A program made the position numbers and the translations under genes. Below the pieces are notes generated by a model. It saw nothing but the letters and a program-made list of their open reading frames with translations. It was not told the DNA's origin and searched no databases. A stretch of DNA of 61,494 nucleotides from an uncultured Alphaproteobacteria bacterium (GTDB taxonomy: Bacteria > Pseudomonadota > Alphaproteobacteria > CAAHEQ01 > UBA3637), in the NCBI GenBank assembly GCA_949286465.1, contig CASECI010000011.1, positions 1 through 61,494 on the forward strand. Reading direction: 5' to 3'. Positions 30,117 to 40,774 of the stretch are shown in pieces; the first letter of the stretch is position 1; the number at the start of each line of letters is the position of its first letter.

Positions 30117-32380
30117 TTACATCCTGTATCACAAGAGCCCCCATTTCCATTAATCGTACACCCATCACCACACTGAGCTCCGTTTTTCCAACAGGTATAG
30201 GTAGACCCATTTTTATAACAACTTGTTTTATTTTTAGCATCATAACATCCATAGAACTGATATGATACTTGTGTAAATGTTAAATCCTCACATTCTTCAG
30301 CTCGACAAACGCCAACTGAGCAGTTAGAGCCATCTGAATTACACCCCTGTCCACACAAAGATCCGTTTATAGTACACGAACCATTCGTACAATGAACAGT
30401 TTGATCCACTGTAGCACAAGCGAAAAGTTTAGTCTCATTATTATAAACAGGTTCCTGCCCTGAAGGGCATTCTTGAGCGATGCATACGCCCGACTTACAA
30501 CTACTTCCATCAATGTTACAATTTTGACCGCATGGCAATCCATTAATAAAGCAATTTTTTGTCCAAGGAGAACAAGATAAACCATTATCATATAAACATG
30601 AATTATCTCCATATCCTGCACTCTCAACATATGTACCCCCATTTGGACATTCATATCCCTTTTGACAATCTGGACAAGAAGTTCCCATATAATCTGTACA
30701 TGTTGTTCCACATAACAAACCATCTTTATAACAATGGAAGAAATCACCATCATCACGCTTTAGACATGTAATTTGTGTTTGTGAATTACGACATCCATAC
30801 CACCCTTCAACACTGACATGTTCCATTCCTAACTGTTCACAGTCTGATGCATCGCAAGTTCCTACCTGACAATTATGAGCATCCCAAGTACAGGTAGAGC
30901 CACATGAAATCATTCCCCCCGGCATAAAACACATGATATTAGAAGAGCCTGAATATGGGCTTAAACTACAATAAACACCATCTGAACGTGTACATGTAAA
31001 TGCCTCAGGATCATACGTCGTCCCTGCTGGACATGGGTTCTCTACATCACAGACATTATATCGACAGTTACTCCCATCTTTTAGACACCCAGATGCACAA
31101 ACTTGCCCATTTTGATAACAAGCATAGCCATTTGACCATCCTCCAATACTTACACATACCAATCCATTTGGATTTTTACATCCCCAAAACTCATAGCTGC
31201 CAGAATCTTCATAAATCAAATCAGTATATACTGAATCGTCTGTACATCTATCCTCGCAATCACCCCACGTACAATCTTTACCGTTTAAAGAACAGTAATA
31301 ACCACATTTCTTATCTTTATCTGCTCGATAGCAATGAATAACTGCATTCTGTTTAGTACAGATAACATCCTGCCCTTCAACGGCATTCGCATTTAAGCAC
31401 CCATAAAGATTAGCTACAGGGATATGACTTAAAGATGTATTAGAACATTGAGTAGCCATACATAAACCAAAAAAGCACATGCTACCATCTTCTGAACATC
31501 TATATCCACACCGTTTTCTATCAATCTGACAGGTCCAATCTTGATTCCCTTTCGTTCCTCCTGTACATCCAAACACTTGACATTTCCCATCCAAGAAAAC
31601 AGATCCGACAGGACATTCACAATACCCCTCTTTTGCTAATAATTCTAATCCTAGATTTGTATCACACTGACATAAGCAGCTATTTTCATCTCTAAATCCT
31701 GTCATATATTCTCCAGAGCAGAATTCATAGCACTTATCACCACAACTCTCCAAGCCTGCATCACAAACACACTGCCCATTCTCCTCATGCTTATTTTCTG
31801 GGCATACACAACTTTCGCTATCTTCATCACAGACAAAACCACTATTACATATTTGTCCGCCACACCATTCTTTTTCTTTATAAGCATCAAAATAAAAGAC
31901 AAGCTGATTTTCCTCATCACACAAAGTAGAACCTAAATCTTTCGTCGAAACTCCATTGACTTCAATATAAAAATCAGAAGGATTTGGCCCTTCTACAACT
32001 AATTGGCAGACTCTATCTGAAACTTCTTCTACTGTTACTCCAAAAATGTCACTATTCACTCGAATTGCATAAATAGGATAACCTGTTTGAGTTTCTCTCA
32101 TATTTGGCAATTCAGTTACAATAATTTGCTCCTCATCTTCAACTTTCAGGAAATCTTCGTTCGTTATAATCGTCGCCGCCATTAAAGAAACATCCTGGAT
32201 AATTGTATTTGCTCTATATTTATTCATTCCATAGATAATTGCCGATAAAATTCCGATAGACAACAATCCTATAACAGCCAAAACACCTAACATCTCAATC
32301 ATGCTACGGCCGCTTTGTTCTTGATGGTTAGGAGGCACATTCTTTTTAAAAAAATTGAATATTTTTTCAGAGAAAATCAT
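30113..32380 (-). CDS. Pilin-like (GRSMIE) protein with long Cys-rich repeat region
   Basis: QSG|[17 protein letters not shown] hydrophobic helix; pilin-sized head; EGF-like CxCP units and about 8 CGxxCxxxGxxCxxGxC repeats. Confidence 0.85.
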   Translation of the reverse strand: MIFSEKIFNFFKKNVPPNHQEQSGRSMIEMLGVLAVIGLLSIGILSAIIYGMNKYRANTIIQDVSLMAATIITNEDFLKVEDEEQIIVTELPNMRETQTGYPIYAIRVNSDIFGVTVEEVSDRVCQLVVEGPNPSDFYIEVNGVSTKDLGSTLCDEENQLVFYFDAYKEKEWCGGQICNSGFVCDEDSESCVCPENKHEENGQCVCDAGLESCGDKCYEFCSGEYMTGFRDENSCLCQCDTNLGLELLAKEGYCECPVGSVFLDGKCQVFGCTGGTKGNQDWTCQIDRKRCGYRCSEDGSMCFFGLCMATQCSNTSLSHIPVANLYGCLNANAVEGQDVICTKQNAVIHCYRADKDKKCGYYCSLNGKDCTWGDCEDRCTDDSVYTDLIYEDSGSYEFWGCKNPNGLVCVSIGGWSNGYACYQNGQVCASGCLKDGSNCRYNVCDVENPCPAGTTYDPEAFTCTRSDGVYCSLSPYSGSSNIMCFMPGGMISCGSTCTWDAHNCQVGTCDASDCEQLGMEHVSVEGWYGCRNSQTQITCLKRDDGDFFHCYKDGLLCGTTCTDYMGTSCPDCQKGYECPNGGTYVESAGYGDNSCLYDNGLSCSPWTKNCFINGLPCGQNCNIDGSSCKSGVCIAQECPSGQEPVYNNETKLFACATVDQTVHCTNGSCTINGSLCGQGCNSDGSNCSVGVCRAEECEDLTFTQVSYQFYGCYDAKNKTSCYKNGSTYTCWKNGAQCGDGCTINGNGGSCDTGCN

Positions 32381-32444
32381 TTTATTCCTTTCTGGTTATT
32401 TTTCTTTAGATATCATATATCTGATTCAACATTGATATCAATAA

Positions 32445-32476
32445 AAAAAAACGCCGCTATCATCTAGCGGCGTTTT
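32445..32476. terminator. Rho-independent terminator after rpmB
   Basis: AAAACGCCGCTA-tcatc-TAGCGGCGTTTT with A-run on + (U-run on -). Confidence 0.85.
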
Positions 32477-32491
32477 GTTAATAATTTTATT

Positions 32492-32785
32492 TTACACAGA
32501 CTTAGCTGCAACAGCTTTTTGGATTCTTTGCTTAATTTCTTTTGCCTCAGCTGTTAAGCGACTATTTGGAGTCGATAATAGATAAGCATCTAATCCACCA
32601 TTGTGTTCAATTGTACGCAAACCACGCGTTGAAACACGTAAGTGAATAGCATTGCCTAAAGTCTCACTCAATAAAGAAACATTTTGCAAGTTCGGCATAA
32701 AGCGGCGTCTTTTTCTATTCTTAGCGTGGCTCACCGTATTTCCAGCCAACACACCTTTTCCTGTGACGAGGCAACGTTTTGCCAT
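32492..32785 (-). CDS. rpmB: 50S ribosomal protein L28
   Basis: MAKRCLVTGK..GNTVSHA.N..RRRFMPNLQ...GGLDAYLL. Confidence 0.97.
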   Translation of the reverse strand: MAKRCLVTGKGVLAGNTVSHAKNRKRRRFMPNLQNVSLLSETLGNAIHLRVSTRGLRTIEHNGGLDAYLLSTPNSRLTAEAKEIKQRIQKAVAAKSV

Positions 32786-32858
32786 AATCTAATCCTTTCA
32801 TAAAAAATAAACTTGAGCCACTCTTTTACATGTTTTTTTCCAAAAAGTCAAGAGCCTT

Positions 32859-33461
32859 TTATAAAAATTTTATAAGAGCAAAACTACCAACCAATAAAAC
32901 GAAGAATAAAATGGATAACCAACCAAGATTTTTTTCAATATATGTTTTCATTGGCAATCCCCATTTCCATAGCAACCACGCCACCAAGAAAAATCGGCCC
33001 CCTCGAGATAAAACAGATGCTATTCCAAAAACGCCTAAATCCAAGTGAGTCACACCACTGGCAATCGTAACGACTTTATAGGGGAATGGCGTTAATCCGG
33101 CACCAAAGACAATCCAAGCTCCATATTGATGATAAGCAGCGGCAAATTCTTCGAACTGCGCGCGGGCATGATAAAAATTTAAAATCGGCAAAGCAACAGA
33201 ATCATAAAGCATATATCCGATAAAATACCCAAAATACCCGCCGAGTACACTAGCAACCGTACAATACATCGCCAGCATGAATGCTTTTTCCCGATTCGCC
33301 AACACCAACGGAATCAAAACTACATCAGGCGGAATGGGGAAAAAAGAGCTTTCCATAAACGAAACAGCCACCAACAGCCACACAGCGTTTGGTTTAGCCG
33401 AAATGCCCATCGCCCAGTCATACATCCGTTTAATCGTACGGTCATAGAGTTTTTTTATCAT
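32859..33461 (-). CDS. YqaA/DedA family membrane protein
   Basis: ESSFFPIPPD, TVASVLGG, TPFPYKV. Confidence 0.9.
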   Translation of the reverse strand: MIKKLYDRTIKRMYDWAMGISAKPNAVWLLVAVSFMESSFFPIPPDVVLIPLVLANREKAFMLAMYCTVASVLGGYFGYFIGYMLYDSVALPILNFYHARAQFEEFAAAYHQYGAWIVFGAGLTPFPYKVVTIASGVTHLDLGVFGIASVLSRGGRFFLVAWLLWKWGLPMKTYIEKNLGWLSILFFVLLVGSFALIKFL

Positions 33462-33549
33462 CAATTCCTCTTTGCAAATAAATGGTTCTATGCTATCTTA
33501 TCGAAAACGAAAAGATCTGCAACCTTTTTTACAAAATAGGAGAACGAAA

Positions 33550-34002
33550 ATGAAAAAAACTTTGTGTAGCGCCCTTATTTGCTTAACATTGGCCGCATGC
33601 GGAGTCGGAGAAACCAACTCGACTTACAGCCGGTACGACATCGGCCAACAGGCGCAAGTCCAATACGGAACGATTATTTCAATGCGTCCAGTCAATATTG
33701 AAGGAACATCAGGCGTCGGAACGATTGGTGGCGCTGTTGCTGGAGGTGCTGCTGGTTCTATGATCGGAGGAAATACTGCTGTCAATATCATTGGAGCAAC
33801 TGGAGGTGCTATTGTGGGCGGTATGATTGGAAACGCGACAGAAAAAGCTATTACAAAAGATACGGCTTATGAATTTATTATTCGCAAACAAAACGGACAA
33901 ACCGTTGCTGTAGTTCAATCAAATGAAAATCATTTCCGTGTCGGCGATCACGTTATTTTAACAATAACAGATGGCATCACAAGAATGCAATTATACCAAT
34001 AG
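33550..34002 (+). CDS. SlyB-like glycine-zipper outer-membrane lipoprotein
   Basis: Lipobox LAAC; GAVAGGAAGSMIG...GAIVGGMIG; VVQ...FRVGD; AGGAG SD before ATG 33550. Confidence 0.88.
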   Translation: MKKTLCSALICLTLAACGVGETNSTYSRYDIGQQAQVQYGTIISMRPVNIEGTSGVGTIGGAVAGGAAGSMIGGNTAVNIIGATGGAIVGGMIGNATEKAITKDTAYEFIIRKQNGQTVAVVQSNENHFRVGDHVILTITDGITRMQLYQ

Positions 34003-34090
34003 AGACGAAACTCCATGGGCTAATGTCGGTGGTATCATTTTAGTTCAACCTAAGCTTGTCCCATATCTTCATGCCCTTGGTATTCAATAA

Positions 34091-34126
34091 AAATAAAAGC
34101 CGACTTTAAAAGTCGGCTTTTATTTT
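34091..34126. terminator. Bidirectional terminator
   Basis: AAATAAAAGCCGACTT-taa-AAGTCGGCTTTTATTT. Confidence 0.85.
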
Positions 34127-36341
34127 ACTTAAACTTATTACTCCGCGAAAAGCCAACTGGTGGTATTTTCCCAACCAAAGCTCGCTTTCCTAACCAAGCC
34201 GTTAAGTCTCGCTCAATGCGAATGCCATTACCAAATGAGAAAGGCATTCCGTCTTCCATGTTAAAAAATTCAATATCGGATGTTCCTCCACCTTGGTATT
34301 TCTGCAAAATTACTCCTTGACCGCGTGTCATGAATGGTATTTCCTCCGTTTTAAACACCAATAACTTCCGATTTTGACCAATAATTGCCGTCATATCTCC
34401 TGTAACCGGCAAACAGAATTTAGCAACATCATCTTTTCCAAGGTTGAGAATAATTTTACCAGACCGTGTTTGAGCAATGACATCTTCCGCTTTAACCCTA
34501 AAACCTTTTCCCTTTGCTGAAGCGACCAAGAATGATGCTTGACTATCATATAAATGCATAGTAACAATTGCTTCATTCTCCGGCAAATCAATCATAAGAC
34601 GAACAGGTTCTCCGAAACCACGACCCCCCGGTATTTTATCTCCCATAATTGTATAAAAACGCCCATTCGTTGCAAATAATAATATCTTATCTGTTGTTTG
34701 TGCGTGTATCCACACGGATAAACCATCGCCCTCTTTAAATTTTATATCATTAACAGAGACATGCCCTTTTAAAGAACGAATCCATCCCTTTTCTGACAAT
34801 ACAATGGTAATAGGCTCTTTTTCTATTAAGGATTCTAAAGGAACTTCTACTGTTGCTGGAGCCGATGCTATGATTGTTTTTCTCTTACCTAATTCTATTT
34901 TAGAACCAAATCTCTTTTTTATTTCATTTATCTCTACAGCAATAGCCTGCCAACGTAAAGCTTCATCTGACAATAATTTTTCCAGCTGTTCTTTTTGCGC
35001 ATTCAGATCATTAAATTCAGTCTTAATTTGCATCTCTTCTAATTTACGCAAAGAACGCAATTTCATATTTAAAATGGCTTCAGCTTGAGTATCTGATAAA
35101 TTAAACTCTGACATTAAAACGGGCTTTGGTTCATCATCGCCTCTAATAATCTCAATTACCCTATCTAAATTCAGATATGCGATTAAAAAACCCTGCAACA
35201 ATTCCATTCGATGCTTGATTTTATCTAATCTAAAAGATGATGAACGCTTCAAGACGACATGCCGATGATTTAAAAAAGCCTGCATAACCTGCTTTAAGCT
35301 CATCACTTTTGGTGTACTATCCGCATCTAATACATTCATATTCAGATGAAATGTGCTCTGCAAGTCTGTTTTTTGAAACATATGTTCCATCAACAATTCA
35401 GGAGGAACTGTCCGATTTTTAGGTTCTAAAACAATACGAACTTTTTCATCTGATTCATCTCGAATATCTGCAAGTAAAGGCAACTTCTTATCTAAGAGTA
35501 ACTTAGCAATTTTTGCAATTAAATCTGCTTTCAAAACCCCATAAGGAATTTCTGTTATAACAATTTGATATTGCCCATGACCAAGTTCTTCTTTTTCCCA
35601 TTTAGCACGTAAACGAAGTGCCCCACGACCTGTTTCATAGGCTTTAACAATTGTCTCTTTATCTTCTATAAGCAATCCGCCTGTCGGGAAATCAGGTCCC
35701 TGGACAAAATCGACAAGATGAGCATTATCTGTATCAGGATGTTTAATTAAGTAAGAAAGCGCGTCGCAAATTTCGCCTACATTATGTGGCGGAATATTTG
35801 TTGCCATTCCAACTGCAATTCCTGATGCTCCATTTGCTAACAAATTCGGAAATGCCGCAGGCATAACGAGAGGTTCTTCTTCAGAACCATCATATGTTGG
35901 GCCAAAATCAACTGCATCGTCATCTAACCCATCCATCAAGGCTAAAGCAACATCTGTTAAGCGAGCTTCTGTATAACGCATAGCAGCTGCTCGATCTCCA
36001 TCAATATTTCCGAAATTACCTTGCCCTTCTACAAGTGGATAGCGAACTGCGAAATCCTGAGCCAAGCGCACCATCGCATCGTAAACAGCGACATCTCCAT
36101 GAGGATGATATTTACCAATCACGTCTCCGACAACGCGAGCACATTTTTTAAAGCCAGATTTTGGATCTAACTTCAAATGTCTCATAGCAAAGAGAAGCCG
36201 CCGATGAACAGGCTTTAACCCATCCCTTACATCCGGCAATGATCGAGAAACAATTGTAGACATGGCATAAGCGAGATATCTTTCACTTAATGCATCTGCT
36301 AATTTAGAATCATGTATTTGCTCTGTAAATTCTTCTGTCAT
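34125..36341 (-). CDS. parC: DNA topoisomerase IV subunit A
   Basis: [29 protein letters not shown]; 738 aa without GyrA box; [10 protein letters not shown]-terminus. Confidence 0.95.
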   Translation of the reverse strand: MTEEFTEQIHDSKLADALSERYLAYAMSTIVSRSLPDVRDGLKPVHRRLLFAMRHLKLDPKSGFKKCARVVGDVIGKYHPHGDVAVYDAMVRLAQDFAVRYPLVEGQGNFGNIDGDRAAAMRYTEARLTDVALALMDGLDDDAVDFGPTYDGSEEEPLVMPAAFPNLLANGASGIAVGMATNIPPHNVGEICDALSYLIKHPDTDNAHLVDFVQGPDFPTGGLLIEDKETIVKAYETGRGALRLRAKWEKEELGHGQYQIVITEIPYGVLKADLIAKIAKLLLDKKLPLLADIRDESDEKVRIVLEPKNRTVPPELLMEHMFQKTDLQSTFHLNMNVLDADSTPKVMSLKQVMQAFLNHRHVVLKRSSSFRLDKIKHRMELLQGFLIAYLNLDRVIEIIRGDDEPKPVLMSEFNLSDTQAEAILNMKLRSLRKLEEMQIKTEFNDLNAQKEQLEKLLSDEALRWQAIAVEINEIKKRFGSKIELGKRKTIIASAPATVEVPLESLIEKEPITIVLSEKGWIRSLKGHVSVNDIKFKEGDGLSVWIHAQTTDKILLFATNGRFYTIMGDKIPGGRGFGEPVRLMIDLPENEAIVTMHLYDSQASFLVASAKGKGFRVKAEDVIAQTRSGKIILNLGKDDVAKFCLPVTGDMTAIIGQNRKLLVFKTEEIPFMTRGQGVILQKYQGGGTSDIEFFNMEDGMPFSFGNGIRIERDLTAWLGKRALVGKIPPVGFSRSNKFK

Positions 36342-36478
36342 TTCATACTCTTTTAAGCGTTAATATAAAAGAAGAAGCATAAAAACGCAAGCAAAATTAA
36401 TCACCTCAAAACAAGAAAAAGCTTGCTTATTTAAAGAGATGTCTTATCATAAAAGAGTCTTCGGACCAATCAGAAGAG

Positions 36479-36571
36479 CTTAAGGTTTAAAGTTTTTTAA
36501 CTTGACTGCCTTTTCGATTACCGAACTTTAAAGCCTTGACGCGGCAACTTTAAACTTTAAGGAGAGATACC
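36479..36571 (+). promoter_or_regulatory. Structured 5' leader of cold-shock gene (possible RNA thermoswitch)
   Basis: 36479-36494 is complementary to both 36524-36537 and 36546-36561 (the latter reaches the SD). Confidence 0.5.
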
Positions 36572-36781
36572 ATGTCTTCAGGAAAAGTAAAATGGTTTAA
36601 TTTCAAAAAAGGATATGGATTTATTACACCAGAAGGGTCTGATAAAGACGTATTTGTTCATATTTCAGCGGTTCATCAATCTGGTTTACGTGGTCTTCGT
36701 GAAAATCAATCTGTTGAATTTGATACAAACACTGATGACCAAGGAAGAACTTCTGCTTCAAATATTAAGATCAAGGAATAA
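36572..36781 (+). CDS. cspA: Cold-shock protein
   Basis: [21 protein letters not shown]. Confidence 0.95.
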   Translation: MSSGKVKWFNFKKGYGFITPEGSDKDVFVHISAVHQSGLRGLRENQSVEFDTNTDDQGRTSASNIKIKE

Positions 36782-36796
36782 TTTGAAGGATTATTT

Positions 36797-36826
36797 TAAA
36801 ACCCCCATTACAATGGGGGTTTTATT
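36797..36826. terminator. Bidirectional terminator
   Basis: TAAAACCCCCATT-ac-AATGGGGGTTTTA. Confidence 0.85.
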
Positions 36827-37561
36827 TTAATGAGAAAGGCTTTTTTGTTGAGCTATTTCGGCAAGCATTTGAGCTCTTTCTCTTTCTTGGGTATCATAAA
36901 GTTCTGTCATTTCCCGACGAACATTCTTTAGCAAACTATCATTACGAGGCATTCGTTTTAATTTTTCCAAGAAAACATCTAAAGATTTAGGATTATTAAG
37001 AATTGATTTTAGCATACTTTTTTCTGAAGCATCCATAACCAGATATAAATTAACAATTAACTGATTTGTTTGTTTATCCAACATTCCTGGAAATTGTTCA
37101 TTTTTAGATTTTAATAGATTTTCAATATCTTGCCGATCAGCGGATTGTTCTTTTTTTTCTTCGGCTGTATCTTTTAACATGTCTATCACTTGTTGTTCTA
37201 ACAAAGCAAGCTGAGGAGATGTTAACTTTCGAACAGATTTTGGGATTGAGATTCCTTTCCCGAATTGTTTTAAATATTCAACAAATGTTGCTTGAGCTTC
37301 TTTAGAAAATCGTCTAAATGCCCATTTTGCGGATAGCTTTTCTGTATTGCTTGGTGAAGCAGAAATAAGACCCAACCCTTCGTCTTGCACGCCATGCTGA
37401 TTATCTCCCAAGCAATCGGAGCAACGAAGAACGTCCCCATCAAAAGGTAAATACGTTTCAAAAAGTTCACAATGATATGGGATGATTCCTCTGACCTGAG
37501 GTTCAATTTTTAAAAAAGGACACTTTTCCGGGCAATGCCATTTATCTATTTTTTCAGTCAT
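36827..37561 (-). CDS. Hypothetical protein, paralog A (N-terminal Cys/His motif)
   Basis: HCPEKCPFL...YHCELF...RCSDC; AAGGA SD; similar to 37601..38353. Confidence 0.8.
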   Translation of the reverse strand: MTEKIDKWHCPEKCPFLKIEPQVRGIIPYHCELFETYLPFDGDVLRCSDCLGDNQHGVQDEGLGLISASPSNTEKLSAKWAFRRFSKEAQATFVEYLKQFGKGISIPKSVRKLTSPQLALLEQQVIDMLKDTAEEKKEQSADRQDIENLLKSKNEQFPGMLDKQTNQLIVNLYLVMDASEKSMLKSILNNPKSLDVFLEKLKRMPRNDSLLKNVRREMTELYDTQERERAQMLAEIAQQKSLSH

Positions 37562-37600
37562 CCTTATTTATTATAAGGGGATATCTTTAATTTGCAAGAG

Positions 37601-38353
37601 TTACTTCACATTTTGGTTAGTATTTTGAAGTATCTTAGGCAAAATGGGGGCATTAATTTCAGCTTGGACATCCGGATAAAAACGTTCCATTTCCTTACGA
37701 ACATTTTTTAATAAATCCATATTCTTTGGCATAAACCGTACCTTCGCGATGAAAAGAACACATAAATTAGGATTTTTTAAAATATTTTTTAACACTAATC
37801 TTTCTGAAATATCTAATACCTGATATAGATTTAAAATTAATTGACAACTTTTTTTATCTATAATTTCGGGATCTGAATCAGCATTTTTCTTTAAAATATC
37901 TTCTATTTCTTGAAGCTCTCCTGAACGAGATTCATGGACTACGACATTTTTATTTAATTCCTGCAAAAGATATTTTTGTACTTTATCCAAGTTTTTCAAA
38001 GACATTGATTGAATAGAGCTGGGGACACCTACTTGAAACCCAAATTTCTTCATAAATGTAACAAACTGTTTTTGTGCTGCTGGAAATAATTTAGCAAAAC
38101 CGAGCTTCGTTACATTGCGATTCACCATGTCCCCTTGATAGGCGTTTATAAAGTTGAGACCTTGTTCCTTTATGCTATGTTCATGTCCGACACATTCAGA
38201 ACAACGAATAATATCTCCATCAAAAGCTAAAAAAGTATTAAAAAGCTCACAATGATACGGTATCTTTTGCGTTTCTTCAAAATAATTTATCTCTAAAAAC
38301 GGACATCCTTGTGGACAATGGAGGGTATCCAGAGTTTCTTTTTTTTGAGACAT
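37601..38353 (-). CDS. Hypothetical protein, paralog B (N-terminal Cys/His motif)
   Basis: HCPQGCPFL...YHCELF...RCSEC; AAGGA SD before ATG 38353. Confidence 0.8.
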   Translation of the reverse strand: MSQKKETLDTLHCPQGCPFLEINYFEETQKIPYHCELFNTFLAFDGDIIRCSECVGHEHSIKEQGLNFINAYQGDMVNRNVTKLGFAKLFPAAQKQFVTFMKKFGFQVGVPSSIQSMSLKNLDKVQKYLLQELNKNVVVHESRSGELQEIEDILKKNADSDPEIIDKKSCQLILNLYQVLDISERLVLKNILKNPNLCVLFIAKVRFMPKNMDLLKNVRKEMERFYPDVQAEINAPILPKILQNTNQNVK

Positions 38354-38465
38354 TAAATCCTTCTCATTCTTTTTCTTCTGGAGCTGCATTATAAAAAAAA
38401 ATAATCCGATTGACAAGTCTATAAAACTCATAGAAACTATTTATTATAAAATGAAAGGAAAAAAT

Positions 38466-39098
38466 ATGGTTCAAATCGTTCCCGCTTCTTTTGAAATTCT
38501 AACGCCCATCGACGGAAATGCTATTCTCAAGCATATTGAACGGTGCGGACGAACATGTTACCAATCCTTTGATAAAATAGGAGATGATACACACATTCGT
38601 TTCGCAAAACATATTGTAGAACGTCACCATGAGTCTGTTTTAGAACATTTTAGCATATCTGTTAAATTTATCATTGACCGTGCTATTGCAAATGAACTAA
38701 CACGCCATCGCGTGGCTTCTTTTAGCCAAGAAAGCACGAGATATTGTTGCTACTCAAAAGATAAATTCAAAGGAGAAATAACTGTTATTCGACCCATTGA
38801 AATGAACCCTCAATCTAAAGCTTATCAATATTGGTTTGATGCTATGCTTGAAATTGAAAAAACATACTTAAAACTTATCGAATTGGGTGAAAAACCTGAA
38901 ACAGCTCGTTCTGTCTTGCCTTGCTGTCTTAAAACAGAAATTGTCGCAACTGCAAACTTAAGAGAATGGAGGCATATTTTTAATATGCGCTGTTCTGATG
39001 CGGCTCATCCAGATATTCGCTATATTATGCGTCTTCTCCGTGACGAATTTAAAAAGAAAATCCCGATTATTTTTGATGACTTGGAGACAAACGTATGA
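38466..39098 (+). CDS. thyX: FAD-dependent thymidylate synthase
   Basis: HESVLEH, ELTRHRVASFSQESTRY, ARSVLP, NLREWRH. Confidence 0.95.
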   Translation: MVQIVPASFEILTPIDGNAILKHIERCGRTCYQSFDKIGDDTHIRFAKHIVERHHESVLEHFSISVKFIIDRAIANELTRHRVASFSQESTRYCCYSKDKFKGEITVIRPIEMNPQSKAYQYWFDAMLEIEKTYLKLIELGEKPETARSVLPCCLKTEIVATANLREWRHIFNMRCSDAAHPDIRYIMRLLRDEFKKKIPIIFDDLETNV

Positions 39099-39325
39099 CT
39101 TCTTTATGTGGAATGGATTGGCTACGGGCATTGATTTGCATTTTCTTTATCGAAGGTGCAATCTATTTATTTTTCCCTAAAGCTATCCAAGGATATGCTG
39201 TAAGAGTTCTATGTGATGCTTCTTTGCGAAAGCTTCAACTATTTGGCATTTTACTTCTTATTATAGGATTCATTTTATGGGTTATTGTTTCAAATTCTTC
39301 TGCTGGATATACTTTATCTTCTTAA
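39095..39325 (+). CDS. DUF2065 (YjeT-like) small membrane protein
   Basis: ALICIFFIEGAIYLFFP...LQLFG; precedes degP-like gene; ATGA overlap with thyX. Confidence 0.75.
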   Translation: MTSLCGMDWLRALICIFFIEGAIYLFFPKAIQGYAVRVLCDASLRKLQLFGILLLIIGFILWVIVSNSSAGYTLSS

Positions 39326-40335
39326 TATCTTTTCCATCTTATGCTTTCTTACCTACAGAATCTTTTGCTCCAATTATTAAAGCAGTTAGCCCTTCTGTTG
39401 TAACTGTTTTAACAGGAACTGAAAAAATACAAATCCCAAATGAAAATAAAAATGAACCACAAAAGTTAGAAAATCGCCGGATTGGTTCTGGTTTTATTTT
39501 AGACAAAGAAGGACACATTTTAACAAATAATCATGTTGTCGAACAAAGTGATTACATTTATATTGAATTATTTGATGGAACAGAACTTAAAGCATTCATT
39601 ATTGGACGAGACGAAACAACAGATATTGCTTTACTTAAAATTAGTTCAAAGCATGAATTGCAACCTGTCCTATGGGCAGATTCTAATTCTGCTCAAGTCG
39701 GAGATTGGATTATAGCCATGGGAAATCCTTTTGACCTAGGGCTAAGTGCTTCTGCTGGTATTATATCTGCACGCTCTCGTGATTTATCTTTAGGAGCATA
39801 TGATGACTTCTTTCAAATTGATGCCGCTATACACAAAGGCAGTTCTGGCGGTCCACTTTTTAATTTAGAAGGACGTGTTATCGGAATGAATACTGCTTTA
39901 TTCTCTCCAAATGGAGAAAATATGGGAATTAATTTTGCTATTCCATCTAATACCATTCTATGGATTAAAGATGCTTTATTAAAAGACGGTGTAGTTCGTC
40001 GAGGCAAACTGGGTCTAAAGATACAACCAGTTTCAGAAGAATTTCGTAAAAATCTAAACCTTTCTCTAAACGCAGGGGCATACGTTTCAGATGTAGAAGA
40101 AAATGGACCTGCTCAAAAAGCAGGCCTACAAAAAGGAGATATCATTATTTCAGTTAATCAAATTCCTATTACTCAGCACAGGATGGTATCTCGTCTGACT
40201 GCTCGCCTTCCTATTGGACAAACCATTCCCATCTGTATCTATAGGAATGGCGAACGACTCACATTAACCTTAATCGTCGAAGAAAAAGAAAACCCATCCA
40301 TCTTAGAAACGAGTGAGACATATAATGAGAATTGA
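39277..40335 (+). CDS. DegP/HtrA-family serine protease (one PDZ)
   Basis: Signal peptide; GSGFI, TNNHVV, TDIALL, GSSGGPL; PDZ GPAQKAGLQKGD. Confidence 0.92.
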   Translation: MGYCFKFFCWIYFIFLISFPSYAFLPTESFAPIIKAVSPSVVTVLTGTEKIQIPNENKNEPQKLENRRIGSGFILDKEGHILTNNHVVEQSDYIYIELFDGTELKAFIIGRDETTDIALLKISSKHELQPVLWADSNSAQVGDWIIAMGNPFDLGLSASAGIISARSRDLSLGAYDDFFQIDAAIHKGSSGGPLFNLEGRVIGMNTALFSPNGENMGINFAIPSNTILWIKDALLKDGVVRRGKLGLKIQPVSEEFRKNLNLSLNAGAYVSDVEENGPAQKAGLQKGDIIISVNQIPITQHRMVSRLTARLPIGQTIPICIYRNGERLTLTLIVEEKENPSILETSETYNEN

Positions 40336-40774
40336 TTTTTATCATTTGGAAAAAACAAGTTTAGAAAATGCGCTCCCAGCGATTCTAGAAAAAATTTATA
40401 CAACTGGGAAAAGAGCGCTCATACGAACAGACCTACCTGAACGAGTTGAGTATATTAATTCTCTCCTATGGACATATGATCCTGCTTCATTTCTGCCACA
40501 TGGAGAGGAAAAAGAAGGGAATACAGACAAACAGCCTATTTTTATTACAGCCAAAAGAGATTTTAATCCAAACCAAGCAGATTATCTTGTTTTAATTGAC
40601 GGAGAGCCAATTTTGGAAAATGACTCTTTTGAGCGCGTTTTTTATTTCTTTAGCGGATTAGACGAAGAGTCTCTTCAAAAAGCTCGAGAACTATGGAAAA
40701 GCTTAAAATTTCGAAATGACGAGTTACATTATTGGCAACAAACATCGACAGGGAAGTGGCAGAAAAAAGACTAA
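40325..40774 (+). CDS. holC: DNA polymerase III chi subunit
   Basis: RIDFYHL, LWTYDPASFLPHG, ARELWK, YWQQ...W. Confidence 0.92.
   Translation: MRIDFYHLEKTSLENALPAILEKIYTTGKRALIRTDLPERVEYINSLLWTYDPASFLPHGEEKEGNTDKQPIFITAKRDFNPNQADYLVLIDGEPILENDSFERVFYFFSGLDEESLQKARELWKSLKFRNDELHYWQQTSTGKWQKKD

Noticed and set aside
30113-31900. Cys-rich repeats as a CRISPR array or DGR template/variable repeats
   Set aside because: Repeats are conserved only at protein level, with no identical DNA repeats, no adenine-specific variant pair and no reverse transcriptase or cas gene.
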